A stretch of 64,000 nt of DNA, from assembly GCF_052425735.1 (NCBI RefSeq), contig NC_135759.1:45446001-45510000 (forward strand), written 5' to 3'. The stretch is from Oculina patagonica. Taxonomy: Eukaryota. Numbering within the stretch: position 1 is the first letter of the stretch; every line of letters begins with the position of its first letter. A model generated the notes under the pieces. That model was not told where the DNA came from, searched no databases, and was given only the letters and a program-made list of their open reading frames with translations. A program made the position numbers and the translations under genes. Shown piece after piece: positions 1-12,500 of this stretch.

Positions 1-238
1 AAGCGCTTTTAACTTCCGGGTCGAAAGTTCTTCTGTTGCGTTGCTTCGCTTTGCTGCATATTTTTTATCCAGTTCTTACCCTTGTTCAAATTCTTGATTA
101 GGCTAAGGCAGGAGCCCATGGCTAAGGCAAAACAGTTGTAGAGTCAACTCTCCCTTATTGAAGATCTCCATAAGACGGACACCTGCTGTTAGTCCTGTCC
201 TTGCCGTTTTTTCGGTCATTTTTATACTCTAACCAGCT

Positions 239-461
239 AGGCTACGTTTACACGGGACCGGACTGGAGCCGTTCCGAACTGGACCGGACCGGATCGGCCT
301 CTGTTTACACGGAAGCGTTTGGCACCGATCCATGTGTTTACACAGGACGGTTCTGGAACCGGTCCGGAACGGTTCCATAACTTGACCTGCAAAATAGCAG
401 GTCCAGTTTTGGTTCCATCCCGCACTGGTTCCAGAACGGCCCCGTGTAAACAGAAGGCCTA
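239..461. mobile_element. MITE-like element with GTTTACACG / CGTGTAAAC and GGACCGG subrepeats
   Basis: ggctacgtttacacggg...ccccgtgtaaac with internal palindromic subrepeats. Confidence 0.55.
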
Positions 462-523
462 TCCTATCCGTGTAATTAGAAGGCATATCCTATCCGAAAA
501 TCGGACCGAAACGTTCCGGACAG

Positions 524-930
524 TAGCAGTGGTTGATAAATCGATTCGGCCGGCAAATCTTCTTTTCGAAAACTGAGATTTGTCGGCCCTTTGTCATGCG
601 GTGTGCAGATAATGTATTTCACACTTGCGTAACTTCCGGCACATGAAATCGACAACCGCCGTGACCAGATAGCACCCTGCGTTTTGGTATAGTATTGGTT
701 GAGGCACCATATTATTGCTATATTAATATAAGCTCTAAATGAAAAACTTTTGGGCTGAACATGTAATTAAGTTTCACTTCAGGTAGCTACCGTTTGTGAA
801 AGTTGCTAAATAGTTGCATGACAGCGCTTTTAACTCCCGGGTCTAAGGTTCTTCTGTTGCGTTGCTTCGCTTTATAGTTTTTTTTTTGTTCTTACCTTTG
901 TCCAAGTTCTTGATTAGGTCAAGGCAAAAC
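524..930 (+). repeat. Interspersed repeat; inverted copy at about 2240-2622 and partial copy at 1-135
   Basis: agcagt..tgataaatcgat..ggccggcaaatctt...gttgcgttgcttcgcttt matches the reverse complement of 2240-2622. Confidence 0.75.
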
Positions 931-2717
931 AGGTGAAAGCAAAATCTAAGATGTTATCGTTGGATCCGTCTTCCGTGAATGTTAAAAAATAATTTTTTTA
1001 TGACCATGTATATATTCTGTTGGGGTCCGGCGTAAACAAGGGAAGGTGCCCCCGCCGCGCCAGAGCTTGCGGGGAGGGACAAGCGCCTCGCCGTCAGGGA
1101 ACCCAAATGTACTAAATATCATAGTCATTATATAAATATTTTGTTTTTAAACCTGTTTTCCGGTGTGTTTTTGAGTTGATTTGGAAGCTATTAGGGGAAA
1201 ACGGTTTAAGTTTCAAATATTATCCGCAGTCTATTCCTTCATAAATAAGACGGTTGTAATTATAATACGACTCAAGTTTTCAAACAACAAGAGATATAAA
1301 GTAATAACTTTATAATCACCTTAATTCTCAATTCAATAGGCGAACTTTATTAGGAAGGAGTTGTCGAAGCTGGGGTATTCCCCAAAAACGGCTCTGTGCC
1401 GTCCAATGAGGTCGTGGTTTTGGGTTCCCGATCTAGAACGGGATTTTCAATATCAGACGATATCTAGAACGAGATATGGTATTTTGAACACACAAAAGTT
1501 CCAAAATATCAGCAGCCAAAACGGGGTGACTTGTTTCTAGAACGCGGTATCTTTTGAATGCAAGTTCTTTCTAACTGAATACCAGAGGCCCTTCCAATTA
1601 CGCTGGTAAAAAGGGAATGTTATGCTTCTAACAATGCTTGTTTTTTGTCCGATATAATGCTCAACTGTAATTATGCTCATTTTTTTTTTTTTAATAATGC
1701 TACTTTGGTATAAATGCTTTGTTGTACTTTGCAGAAATAAATACAAAATATGGCATCACGTCAGAAGTCCATCACAAACTTCTGATTACGTGTACTTTTC
1801 TTCACCTAGCTTAATCTAATGAAGTGAAAAGCACCCTTTCCTTAATTTTTACACCAATATACACCTTGGTGTAAACAGTCATAAATGTTCAGCGTTTTAT
1901 AAATTGTTTACCGTGACTGGTATTACAACTGCATATACATGATATATGGTCCCTTTTTTCCCCACCCCTTCCCACCTTTCCTTCCCGCTTTTATTTCGCC
2001 CAATCCTCCACAGGAGAAAGAAGGAGAGCTTGTTTACAGGCTAGACTACACAGCGGAATATATATTTTTAACTAACATTCACGGGAGACGGATCCAACGA
2101 CGCCACTAAGGTTTTGTGTACAGCCAACTCTCTCTGAAACGGGTACCTTCGGGACCGGCTCCAACTCAGTTCGTCTAAAAGAGATCTCCGTCTTATAGGG
2201 ATTTTAACGTCGTTTCAAATTTTCCACTGAAGAAGGGACAAGAATTTGAACAAGGGTAAGAACTGGATAAAAAATATGAAACAAAGCGAAGCAACGCAAC
2301 AGAAGAACTTTCCACCCGGATTTCATGCAACCATTTAACAACTCTCTCGAATTGTGGCTAACTGAAGTGAAACTTTATTACAAGTTCAGCCCAAAAGTTT
2401 TTCATTGAGAGCTTATGTTAAAATGATAAAAATAGTGCCTCGACCAATATTTCGAAAAGGAGGGTGCTATCTTGTCACGGTGGTTGTCGATTTCATGTGC
2501 CGGAAGTTACTCAAGTGTGAATTAATTATCTGCATACCGCAGGACAAAGGGCCGACAAATCTCAAATGGCGGTTTTCGAAACGAAGATTCGCCGACCGTA
2601 TCGATTTATCTATTACTGCTGCTAAGCTTTAAGTTGATTTAAAGCAAAGTACTTCGTATTCCTGTTTACACTGATCAGTTAAGACTCAGGACTGTTTTCA
2701 AGAATGCATGGAAAATA

Positions 2718-3142
2718 CCCGGGGGGGGGGGGGGTACTCCATATAATGGCCTATACGGGGAGGCTCCGCCCGAAAGGGGTACCTTTTTCAAGCTTCAGGT
2801 ATATAAAAGGGTAGGGATTTCACAAGTTTAGGTATATGAAAGGGTATGTAAATCCGTCATTTAGGTTTTTTAAAGGGCCTTGAATTAAAATATTTCAAAC
2901 AGACGCAATTTGTGGCTGTATTATTTTAATTTATAAAGCGCAACATGAAAATGACAAGAAAACGTCCTGTTCTAAGTCTATGCCATGTCTTTTAGGTATA
3001 TGAAAGGGCTACCTTTTTTCAGTAAAAGGTATACGAAAGGGGTACAATTTCTGTGAAAATGGTATATAAAAGGGTAAGGGGTAAGAGCTTGGGGCGGAGC
3101 CTCCCCGTATAAAACTTTTTTGAGTGCCCCCCCCCCCCCGGG
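2718..3142. mobile_element. MITE with CCCGGGGG(G)n...(C)nCCGGG termini
   Basis: TIR includes tatacggggaggctccgccc / ggggcggagcctccccgtata, with internal ggtatatRaaagggta subrepeats. Confidence 0.7.
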
Positions 3143-4346
3143 GGAAAATAACTGTCACTTCAAGACGTGGAAATCAGTTACAAATGGCGCGTCAAGAAAA
3201 TTGGATAACAGCTTCGCCGAGGGCTTAGGTTTTGTCGTAAATGAAGAAAACAGGATTTACAATGTATCAGCGAACACCACGGTAAGCAAGTCTATGTTTT
3301 TATTTTACTCAGTTGAAGTTCACATGGGGAAAATTAACCTTTGCGTGGAATGTTTACATAATGTTGATAAGATCAACAATGTCACGGTCGGTTAAATTAA
3401 CGAATTTTAAGCAACTTTGAGATCTGAAAGCATCGCACTAAATCATTTCCCTAGGAAATCCTTTTAGTATCGAAAAGAACAATCATTTATCTGTCTAATA
3501 CCAAATTTTCGGCCATTTATTTCGCTTCGCTCATACTTAAATAAAGCGATAAGTTTGACCTATTTTGAATTAAATGAAAAGTGTGTCGAATAAACTTAAT
3601 TATATTTTGTAAATAAAAGGACTTTAAGAGCAGAAATTGCTTTCGACGTACTAATTTGATGTTATTCTTCGATATTAAATAGGTATTTTTCTTCCAGAGT
3701 GCTTTATTTTTCGACGCGAAGCTAACAAACTCGGCATAAATTTTGAGCTCCGAAAGCGTCAATTTTGCTGGATTTTAGAATTATCGATTTTCTCGAAAAC
3801 AAATCGATATTTAGCCAAACAAAGTATACTGTGATTTATTTCATATTGAGACCTACCCATGGTAAGAGAATGAGCGAAATCCATTTAAGGACTCTTACCG
3901 ACATATGTTTGACCGTAGGAAACCTGTGCTCTTAAAACTTAGGAATTACATGTTTATTCTTATTAGCTAAGGACTTTCTTGCATTATGTTTAACATATTT
4001 TTTTTTTATAAAAAATTATGTATAATTTTCATTATTTAATAAGTGAATCAAAAATATCTCTTTGAGCCCTGTATTTTAAATTGTTATTAAAAATACAAGT
4101 TGAATTAATTTATTACCAGTAATATACATTTATTGTTTACTTTTTGTTACTGGAGAATTCTTCCACAAAACGTGTTCAAAATTGTTGACTAAAAACAATT
4201 GAAAAACCCAAGTACGCATTAGTCTGTCTGAGTATTGGGAGGGTTGGTAGCATAAAATAAAATTTTTCCAGAGGTTTGCAATATATAGTGACAGTAAATT
4301 AAGAAAGCAATAATATTATTGTCAAAGTAATTTCTGCCATTAGTAC

Positions 4347-6214
4347 CTTGGTGTCAAGAAAATTATGTCGTCTGAAGTGAATCCATATTGAAATCCTAAA
4401 TGGTCTTGGTTTGATGCTCCATCCTCTATGAACAAAATCTGTAAGATTGATAAAAGAAAAAGGATTAAAAAATACAGTTTCTATTTATAACCTTATCGTT
4501 CAATCCCTGAAACTATTCAGGAACATCAATGACAACAAATAAAATAATATATTATGTGGAAGTGAAAGGTAAGGAAAAAACCAAAACCTAAACCCTATCT
4601 ACCATGGGTTCAGATTCTAATTAAAACAGACTAGCTTGGAATGACATACCCTAGACCATACCCTATCCAGTGGCATGTCCCTGTATAGGTAATACACCCC
4701 TCCCCACTTCCCCTCCCCCTCCCTCCCCTCCACCTCAACACCAGACTGACTGAACACAAACAAGGGACAAGAAATGGTGATGTCAACAATCACATTTCTG
4801 AACACCATTGACTTACTAAACACAAAATTGACAGGGACTCTGCTGAATGCTGAACCTACAGCACTAACTATTTTCAACAACTGGCTCTGGAAAGCTGGTA
4901 CTCAAAATTAGAACAGATGCTTATCAACAGATGTCAACAACTACGGGCACCTTCCAAACAACTTATTCACAACGTAAATAGAGCCAACGTAAATAGAACG
5001 TAAATAGAACCGACAAATGAACTGCCAACAGAACGACCTAATTTGACTAAAAATAGACGGAACAGAACAACTTAATTAGACTAACAATAGACGAATGGAC
5101 CAATTACTAATGACAAACTATACACAAGTCTTACAGCCAATAACATCATGGCTAAACTGACCAATCAACATCAACGGACCAGACTTATAACATCATCGAC
5201 TGACGACAACTTTTCACTTCACTCTGAAGATGACTTCGGCTCAGGTTGTCAAAACATCAGTCACCAACAACAGTTCTTCTTAGAACTACTCACACCCGGA
5301 CGATCACACTATACGATCACCTACTGATTTTTTTGACTAGATAGTAAGGATGGGCCGGTATTCGATACCAAATATTCGATAGACCGATATTTTGACAACT
5401 TTGAGAAGTATTGATACTTTCAAAAAATATTGCACTTTCGATACGATTTTGATACTGCACACATGATCTAAGCCTGCGGTCTTCTGGTCAGCACCTGAGG
5501 TTTAAAATGTAATTTTGCTCAAACAAATATTGATGTTCTTGTCAATATTTTATTTTTTTATTGCCTTGCCTGCTGTCCGCACATTGCTGATGCAAAAGTG
5601 AAACAAAAAGACAAAAAATCGACATTCATGGCATTCAATGATAATGTCAGGACATTCCTTTGTGTGGTCAGACAAATCACGTGGCATATTAACGACGTCA
5701 GAACAGAAATGATGTCATAATATCGATATCGATATTGTAACATTTTGCAAAAACCTGTATCAGCGGTATCCGGTCACCTCGCCACCAGGCAATCTCGCCA
5801 CCAACCAACTTGCCACCAAAACTGGTGTATTTCTCGTTCTTTAATCCATGACCCGAGGTGACTTTGCTTGGTGGCAAGATTGCTTTGTGGCGAGGTGACC
5901 GGCATTCGTATCAGCCCATCCTTACTAGATAGTTTTGGATTTACTTAATTGCGGCGTGACAGTGGCGTGACAGTGAAAACCAGCAGTGTCCCCGAGCGCA
6001 AACGGCGGGAAAACTGTTTACTATATTTAAAAAAATACCAGTACCAGCTATGCATGTTTAGCTTGCTGGTGGCGAAACATACCTTTCCAGATGTACTGAT
6101 TCCCAGTATTTTATCTTGCATTATTTCCATCTCATTTTGCGGGGTGGAATGAACAAAGGTTCCACGAAAAACATATGAGCACTTTTTCCACTCGAACTTG
6201 TCCGCGACCGCCAT
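4347..6214 (-). CDS. GDA: Guanine deaminase, 5' part (coding exons 6214-6083 and 4438-4347; the gene continues beyond the left edge)
   Basis: Exon 1 encodes MAVADKFEWKKCSYVFRGTFVHSTPQNEMEIMQDKILGISTSGK, matching the GDA N-terminus (human ...IFRGTFVHST...MEVLRDHLLGVSDSGK), with a GT donor. Exon 2 encodes ILFIEDGASNQDHLGFQYGFTSDDIIFLTP(R) with AG/GT sites and matches IVFLEE.... The next exon (PGxxDxHxH) was not found in 1-4346. Confidence 0.88.
4760..5325 (+). mobile_element. Penelope-like retroelement 3' remnant with decayed hammerhead motif
   Basis: Degenerate GIY-YIG C-terminal-like coding (NHIS.HH.LTKHKID.DSA.C...LESWY) followed by a pLTR-like tail actctgaagatgac...gtcaaaacatcagt. Confidence 0.6.
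5345..5924. mobile_element. hAT-type MITE with perfect 8-bp TSD (CTAGATAG) and a nested small element at 5771-5901
   Basis: TIRs TAAGGATGGGC / GCCCATCCTTA, with TSD at 5337-5344 and 5925-5932. Confidence 0.85.
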
Positions 6215-7230
6215 GTTGGATTGTTCTTGTCCTTGAGAGGTAGTTACAAAAGTCGGACCGGACAACTCGGATCGCTGATTTGAATAAGAATAGCAGCTAT
6301 TCAAGAACGCGAAAATACACAATAGATGGTGTTCTTATTTTAATCAATGATCCGAGTTGATCCGGTCCGACTTTTGTACCTACCCGTCCTTGAGTGGTCC
6401 CTTTATCCAGGCTTTATGGATGGTTTGTGTGGCACTTCTTCTTGGAGTATTAAAGCAGATCCAGCTATACACGTGTACACAGTGGATACAAATGCCCACA
6501 GGGCCACTGAACAGTGGCTATCTCATTCAAAATTCTCTTTCCAGCCTTCACAAAGGCAATTTTAGTTTCCATAGTAGCTGCATATCCATAGTGAATACTT
6601 TCTAGTGGGTCTCTATACCGCAGTGTAGGGAGTACGAGACAGTGTCCTCCCCACTCCCCTCTCTTCTCATTCTGGCTTTTCTGATCTGTGCCAGTCGACC
6701 GCTAGTCGACGCGCCAGTTTCACCCGGGACATTTTGTCACAACGACAAAATCACAAGCGTTATGGAAAATTCGGGCCAACAGACTTTAGTCCGGGCGAAC
6801 CCCTTGAATTGGGGGGTTATTTTTGGAGTTAAAATATGGTCATGGGGTTAAGAACATTTGCGGCACACGTCTATCCGAAAATTCTAAAAAAATTCCCTCC
6901 CCCCCTTCCCCGGGCTGCACCTTCTGCACAATTATACATTTTTAAAGTCTGATCAGTTAACTCTTTATGACTCTTTTAGCAGCCAGAATCTGAACAATCG
7001 TTAACAACTGAATTCCGTTTAGTACACTAACAAGTTTGCTGACTGAACTCGCAGAAAGTCAGGAAAGTCACGAACTATGTTTAGCGGTTACCACATGATG
7101 TCATCTAGCCCAGAAAAAAATTATGGCATCGTTCCAAATTTACAAACAAGGAGGGGAATTTGCGAAAACTAACTTCAATTTTCTGCTGTGTAATTTTCAA
7201 TGATCTGAAGCTAACAAGCCAACTGTAGAC

Positions 7231-7392
7231 ATGTCTGATGATGAAGACCAAAGCAGAGAGTATTTGATCAAGTTTTTAGCCTTGGGGGACTCAGGAGTCG
7301 GCAAAACGAGTCTTTTATATCAGTACACAGACGGTCATTTTAACCCTCGGTTCGTTCCTACAATCGGAATCGATTTCAGAGAAAAGCGCGTG
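7231..7392 (+). CDS. RAB27: Rab27 alternative (duplicated) first coding exon 1a
   Basis: Encodes [54 protein letters not shown], then gtaagt, a phase-0 donor at the same position as exon 1b. No separate downstream exons were found before 9539. Confidence 0.85.
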
Positions 7393-8669
7393 GTAAGTAT
7401 AATATAGACCCTTAATTATCGTTTCACTGAACGACTTCAAGCAAATTATGATATAAGGTTTCTCACTAGGAGAATTTTGAATGAAAGCCAGATATTTTTC
7501 GTAGTAATTCAATGTTTACTTAATATACCTGCACCAAGGAGACTGCACTCTCATTTATTTTTGTTATTCTCGTTTTATTATTTTTTGTTCGATTTTCTAG
7601 TGAAAACAACCGTGATTATACTTTGCAATTAAGCGCTGGATGCAATTTTGGCTCTAATCATCTACCGCAGTTTATTTTGTTGAGGGTATTTTTAATTCAG
7701 GTTTCAATTGTTGTTGTAACGAAAGGTGTTTATATGCAACCACACCGCGCCTCCTAGTAGGTTGATAATTGACTTATGCTGTTCTTTTGTAAGAATTTAC
7801 TTCTGAAGCACGCCCGATTGTGCTGAATTTTGAAAAAAATTATGACAGTCTCCAAGATCTTTTTATTCATATTTTTATGAACAATTTAATATCGTCAAGG
7901 ATCTTATAAAATACAAAAAAAGGATCTTATCAAAACAAAGGCGATATCGCGTCTTTTCGGGACACAAAAACATTTTAAAATTACTTCGCGCGTAAGTGAA
8001 ATAATTTTAGGCTGAGGTTTCCTTTTAAAACTCATGCATTATGCGATAGACAATCGATCATTAGCGAAACACTGAACAAATGACAATATTTTAGCAGGTA
8101 CCTGTCTGTTTATAAAGTCAACCTACAGATGGGCGGAGTTTTTCATAGTTCAGCCCTGCTTGCTGTTTGACGCTGTTATTACGTGCAGTGATTGGTTTTC
8201 TTTTTTATTTGACAGTAGTGTAGCTCAACTCTCGTCATCTTGTAATTTAACTGGTCCTCAAGTAAGGCTTTTTCATGGGGAAGAGAAGAGGGGAAGGGCC
8301 GTTATTTTAGGAAATTTTACGTCTCAAAGAAGCTGGTTAGCTTTATCTATTCTTTAATTTTTTTCTACGGTTCTGCATGCTATGCAACCAAGATACCACT
8401 TGAGGTTTTAATTTTAAAAGTCATGTTTCGATCTGAACAAATGCTGTTGTAAAAAACGTAAAAAACTCCCTGAACTTGCCAACTCAGAACAAGCTGTGGA
8501 TTGAAAAGTGTATCATTCTTAAAGAATTCGAAAATTTATATTTTATTATATTCCCATTTGGGTCGTACTGTCAGAGGAATTTCAATCAAGATTGAAGAAG
8601 AGCTGTTATGTTCTCAACGAGGGGATGTTGAGGAAGATCACCATGTTCTGCTTCAACTAATATTAAATA

Positions 8670-8920
8670 CCCATTTATACCATGCCATAGAAAATACAGC
8701 CAATCAGAATACAGGAAAGCCGTTGTATATTCGACGGTATTCAACCCAACCTTCCCATAGTGCGCTGCGACTGTATTTATACTATGGAATATCCCACTTG
8801 TCACTTGTATTTTCTTGGCATACACACTCGCCTAAAGGCTCGTGTCGTAGTATACCGAGAAAATACAAGTGACTCGTGGGATATTCCATAGTATACCACT
8901 CGAAAGCGTTGCATAACTAG
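8670..8920. mobile_element. Interspersed element with internal hairpin
   Basis: atactatggaatatcccac..gtcacttgtattttct / agaaaatacaagtgac..gtgggatattccatagtat inverted arms. Confidence 0.55.
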
Positions 8921-9435
8921 GACTAGTATATATTGTATCTTACTGACTGAGAATTGTCATTCGAAATTAACGTCCCTTGTTTCGACTGTTTCCAGTTCAG
9001 TTTTTTAAAAAAAAACTTTCTGTCGCTCTACAATTTTTGTCACAACCGCCTGATTTGCGAACACGCTAAAACGGTATGTTGCTTCATTTATTTCAGTTTG
9101 AGTAGAAATCTTTACGTAAAATGTTGCCTTTATTTTGAAATCTTTACACTGGCACGTTGTAATCTCTGTCTGATCTCTGTGTCGGTTTTCGGCCACTATT
9201 TTGGCGGTTTCCCACAATTGTGAATTGGTGTTAATTTCAAAGGTCAAAGTCATTGCTGTAATAAATATTGAATACTTTATAAGTCTTCAATATTGTGTAG
9301 TTTACTGCCCGTATATTGTTTCAGTAGAATATTCCAGTCTGAGAAAAGAAAATGACAAATGTCTGCTCACCCTTCTCCACCCAGCCGTCTAGTATTGCCG
9401 CCAAATTTCCACATTTACAATAAGAAACCACAAGT

Positions 9436-9478
9436 AACCAATCAGAAAGCGTAAGAGTTATCGACGGACCAATCAGAA
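9436..9478 (+). promoter_or_regulatory. Tandem CCAAT (NF-Y-type) boxes upstream of Rab27 exon 1b
   Basis: ACCAATCAGAA occurs twice (CCAAT at 9438 and 9469, 31 bp apart), about 70-100 bp before ATG 9539. Confidence 0.55.
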
Positions 9479-9538
9479 CAGCCGTTAGATAAACATCAGC
9501 TTATACCGCAAGTTTGAAGGAAAACTCCCGAATCAAAC

Positions 9539-12500
9539 ATGGCGGACGCAGATTATGATTATCTGCTGAAGTTTTTGGCTCTCGGAGATTCGGGCGTCGG
9601 TAAAACTAGCCTTTTATTTCAGTACACGGATGGAACATTTAATCCTAAATTTATATCTACCGTAGGAATAGATTTTCGTGAAAAACGAGTGGTAAGTGAT
9701 ATCTTTTGTTCAATTTATATTTTGTCATGAACATCCATTGACATCGATCTTTGTATTATTCCAGTGCGTTGAGAATTTTTATTTTCATTAATATTTTACG
9801 TCTAAGGGTGGATTCTTTATGCTTAAAGAAAATAATCACTAGTTTTCAGTAGAAATGTTATTTTAACTCGTATTTAACCGGCTATTTTAGATGCTGTAGA
9901 ACTTATCTTGTGTTTATACCCGTAGGCCCGTTCAGGCCCGTTCGTTGTGTTTTGCTTCATCCCACGCCAAAAAATGATTATTTGCTGTTATTTGACCGTG
10001 TACCGTAACTTAAATAGCGTTTTAAGATTGTTTGGTACAGGCAGCGGAAAATGAAAGTGTTGTTTCTACTTGGCATTGATTCGAAATAAAGCCAGCTGTC
10101 TTGTTTACAACACGATCTAGACATGACAAGATTTAAGCGGCATCTATGTTCATGATATTTCACATCTATTTAACACTTTCCTTCTAATTCGATCAGGCCC
10201 GGTACATTTGTTCAAATATAATGATATTTCTTCCCTGAATTATTCCCAAATCAGTACGGCATATAAGCTCATTTTGGTTCGTTACAAAATAGTGAACTCC
10301 GAAAATACCATATTGTTTACGACAGTTGAATATTTAAATCTTTTGTAGTCAAACAATATTCAGTTTCAATGTGAATTTTCACTGAAAACCGATCGAAGAA
10401 TCCCCACTAAAATTGTAATAAGGAAACGGAGAACTTTTAATGAGATATGAGAAGAAAATGGTGCCTCAAAATCTTCACACTTATTTCACACCATTAATTG
10501 TGTATTTTTTTTTCTTTTGAATTTCAAATAGCTTTACTGTGTGTTTCATAATTTTCAATTTCAAAATTTTTAATTCTAGATGGGGGTACCGTCTGGCACA
10601 CCACTGAAAATAAAACTCAAATGCCACAAAATCCTTACTAACATTATTTTACTATTTACAAAATAATTGTGTGGTTTCCCATTGAGAAAGTAACATTTTT
10701 AAACTGAAGAATGAAATTTAACATTCATGAAATTTTCAAGGGATAAAAACTCCTTTTTATTTTTCACCTGGCTGCCAAGTGACAAAAAAGAATGAGGGTC
10801 AAGCTGCTCTGAAGAACTGGTTTTCTAGGATAGTGAGGGAATATCTAACAATTTATTACAAGTTCAAATCTAACTTCATACAGATGAATAATAGTCGATA
10901 ACTTCTCACGTAGAAAAAATTATTGTGTATAGTCAGTCACTGAATTATTTTTCATGCTCACAAAACCAGCTGCCTTGGTTCTCTTGACATTTTGTTTTCT
11001 GCAACAAAAATGCAAATCTATGATTTAAGATTTGAATATTTTACAATTTTAGTTTTTGTTTGTCATTTATGTTGGCACAATGAAGCAGTTAAAAATAAAG
11101 TTATACCGGAGATGTCTCAAATTCTAGCTTTGTTGTTTTCTTAATTCTTGTCAACTACATGAATAAATCCTGTTGGCACAATGTAGCTCTTTGGTTTCCC
11201 ATAAAAAAAACCTGTCATTTCATCCACGACCTTCTCCACTATACATTTTGGTACATTTTAGCTATTTCCCTCCTCACAGCTCACTATAATACTAACATTT
11301 CTCTATGATTTGTGTGTATTTCTTAAAAATGATAATTATGTGGATTGTGGGGTGTGAAGCCACATAGCTATTTGCACTTCCTGTTGAAATGATATAAAAT
11401 AATAAATTATATATTAGAAGGAATATCAGTTCAAAACAGGGAAGGCTTCTTTAAATTCTTAAAAATGTACACATTGTTTTTAATAATAAATTATATTACT
11501 TTTGAATCATGGCAGAGCCTCCTGCCCATAATTTAGTAGCCCTCAGTTGACTTTTGTGGCTTTTTTAAAGGTATACAACTGAAGGTACATCACAGAAAAA
11601 TATTATTTAATAAACAGAATATATTCAGAAAAAAACACACGTGCATGCCTGAAAATCCTACGTTTCAGCACGTGTGCCCTCAGAGAGTTACCTTGATTCT
11701 GTTAGGGCTTGCTGGGTCCTTCCTTGAGGTTACAAAGTGAGTAATCCATGTAAAATTCCTGCAGATACATCATCCGCTAAATCCAGATGGAAGTCGTTCA
11801 ACAAGAGGACAGAGAGTACATCTTCAACTCTGGGATACCGCTGGACAGGAAAGGTAATAATGTTAAAAAAGTTTTTACCCTGTATTATGGGGCGCCCTAC
11901 TGTATAACTGTTTGTTATGTTAAAGGTAAAGGTTATTGGTACATGTATACAGTCTGTCCGAGTTAAAACTTAAGGATCATTATCAGTAAAACTTAATTAG
12001 GTGCTTTCATGTACCAGGTTGGCACATACAGTACAGTAACTCTCTCTGAGTATTTCTAACTGTAGTCAATAGCTGTGGCTTCCCTTAAATTGGGTAGCCC
12101 CTGTTTCCTTCCTCCCTCCCCACGTCCTTCCTTCCTTCCTTCCTTCCTTCCTTCCTGTCTATCTGTCTGTCTCTGTGTCTGTCTGTCTTCCTGCTTTTCT
12201 TTCTTTCCATGTTTATTTTTTTTTAACTCACTTTGATGTTAAATACTTTTTCAGACATTACATTAAGTTAATTAGCTAAATGACACAAGAAATTAAAATT
12301 GCTTAATTGTGGTTAATAATATTATAGTTTAAAGTTATTGCGTGTCAACGCTAACTTGCATGATTTGTAGGGAGCAGGGATGGTGCAGTGGTGAGAGCGC
12401 CCCCCTCCCCCCTATGTGGTCCGGGTTCGCTTCCGGCCCGGTCCATTGTGGGTTTTTTTTTTTTTTTGTTTTCCTCCTTTCTCCGGGGTTTTTTCCCCCG

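Noticed and set aside
6400-6630. Coding-looking minus-strand stretch (LRYRDPLESIHYGYAATMETKIAFVKAGKRILNEIATVQ)
   Set aside because: Short, followed by stops, and has no recognisable family or splice partners. It cannot be supported without a search.
7231-7392. Exon 1a as a separate second Rab27 gene
   Set aside because: No WDTAGQE or later exons were found between 7392 and 9539, so it must share downstream exons or be an orphan.
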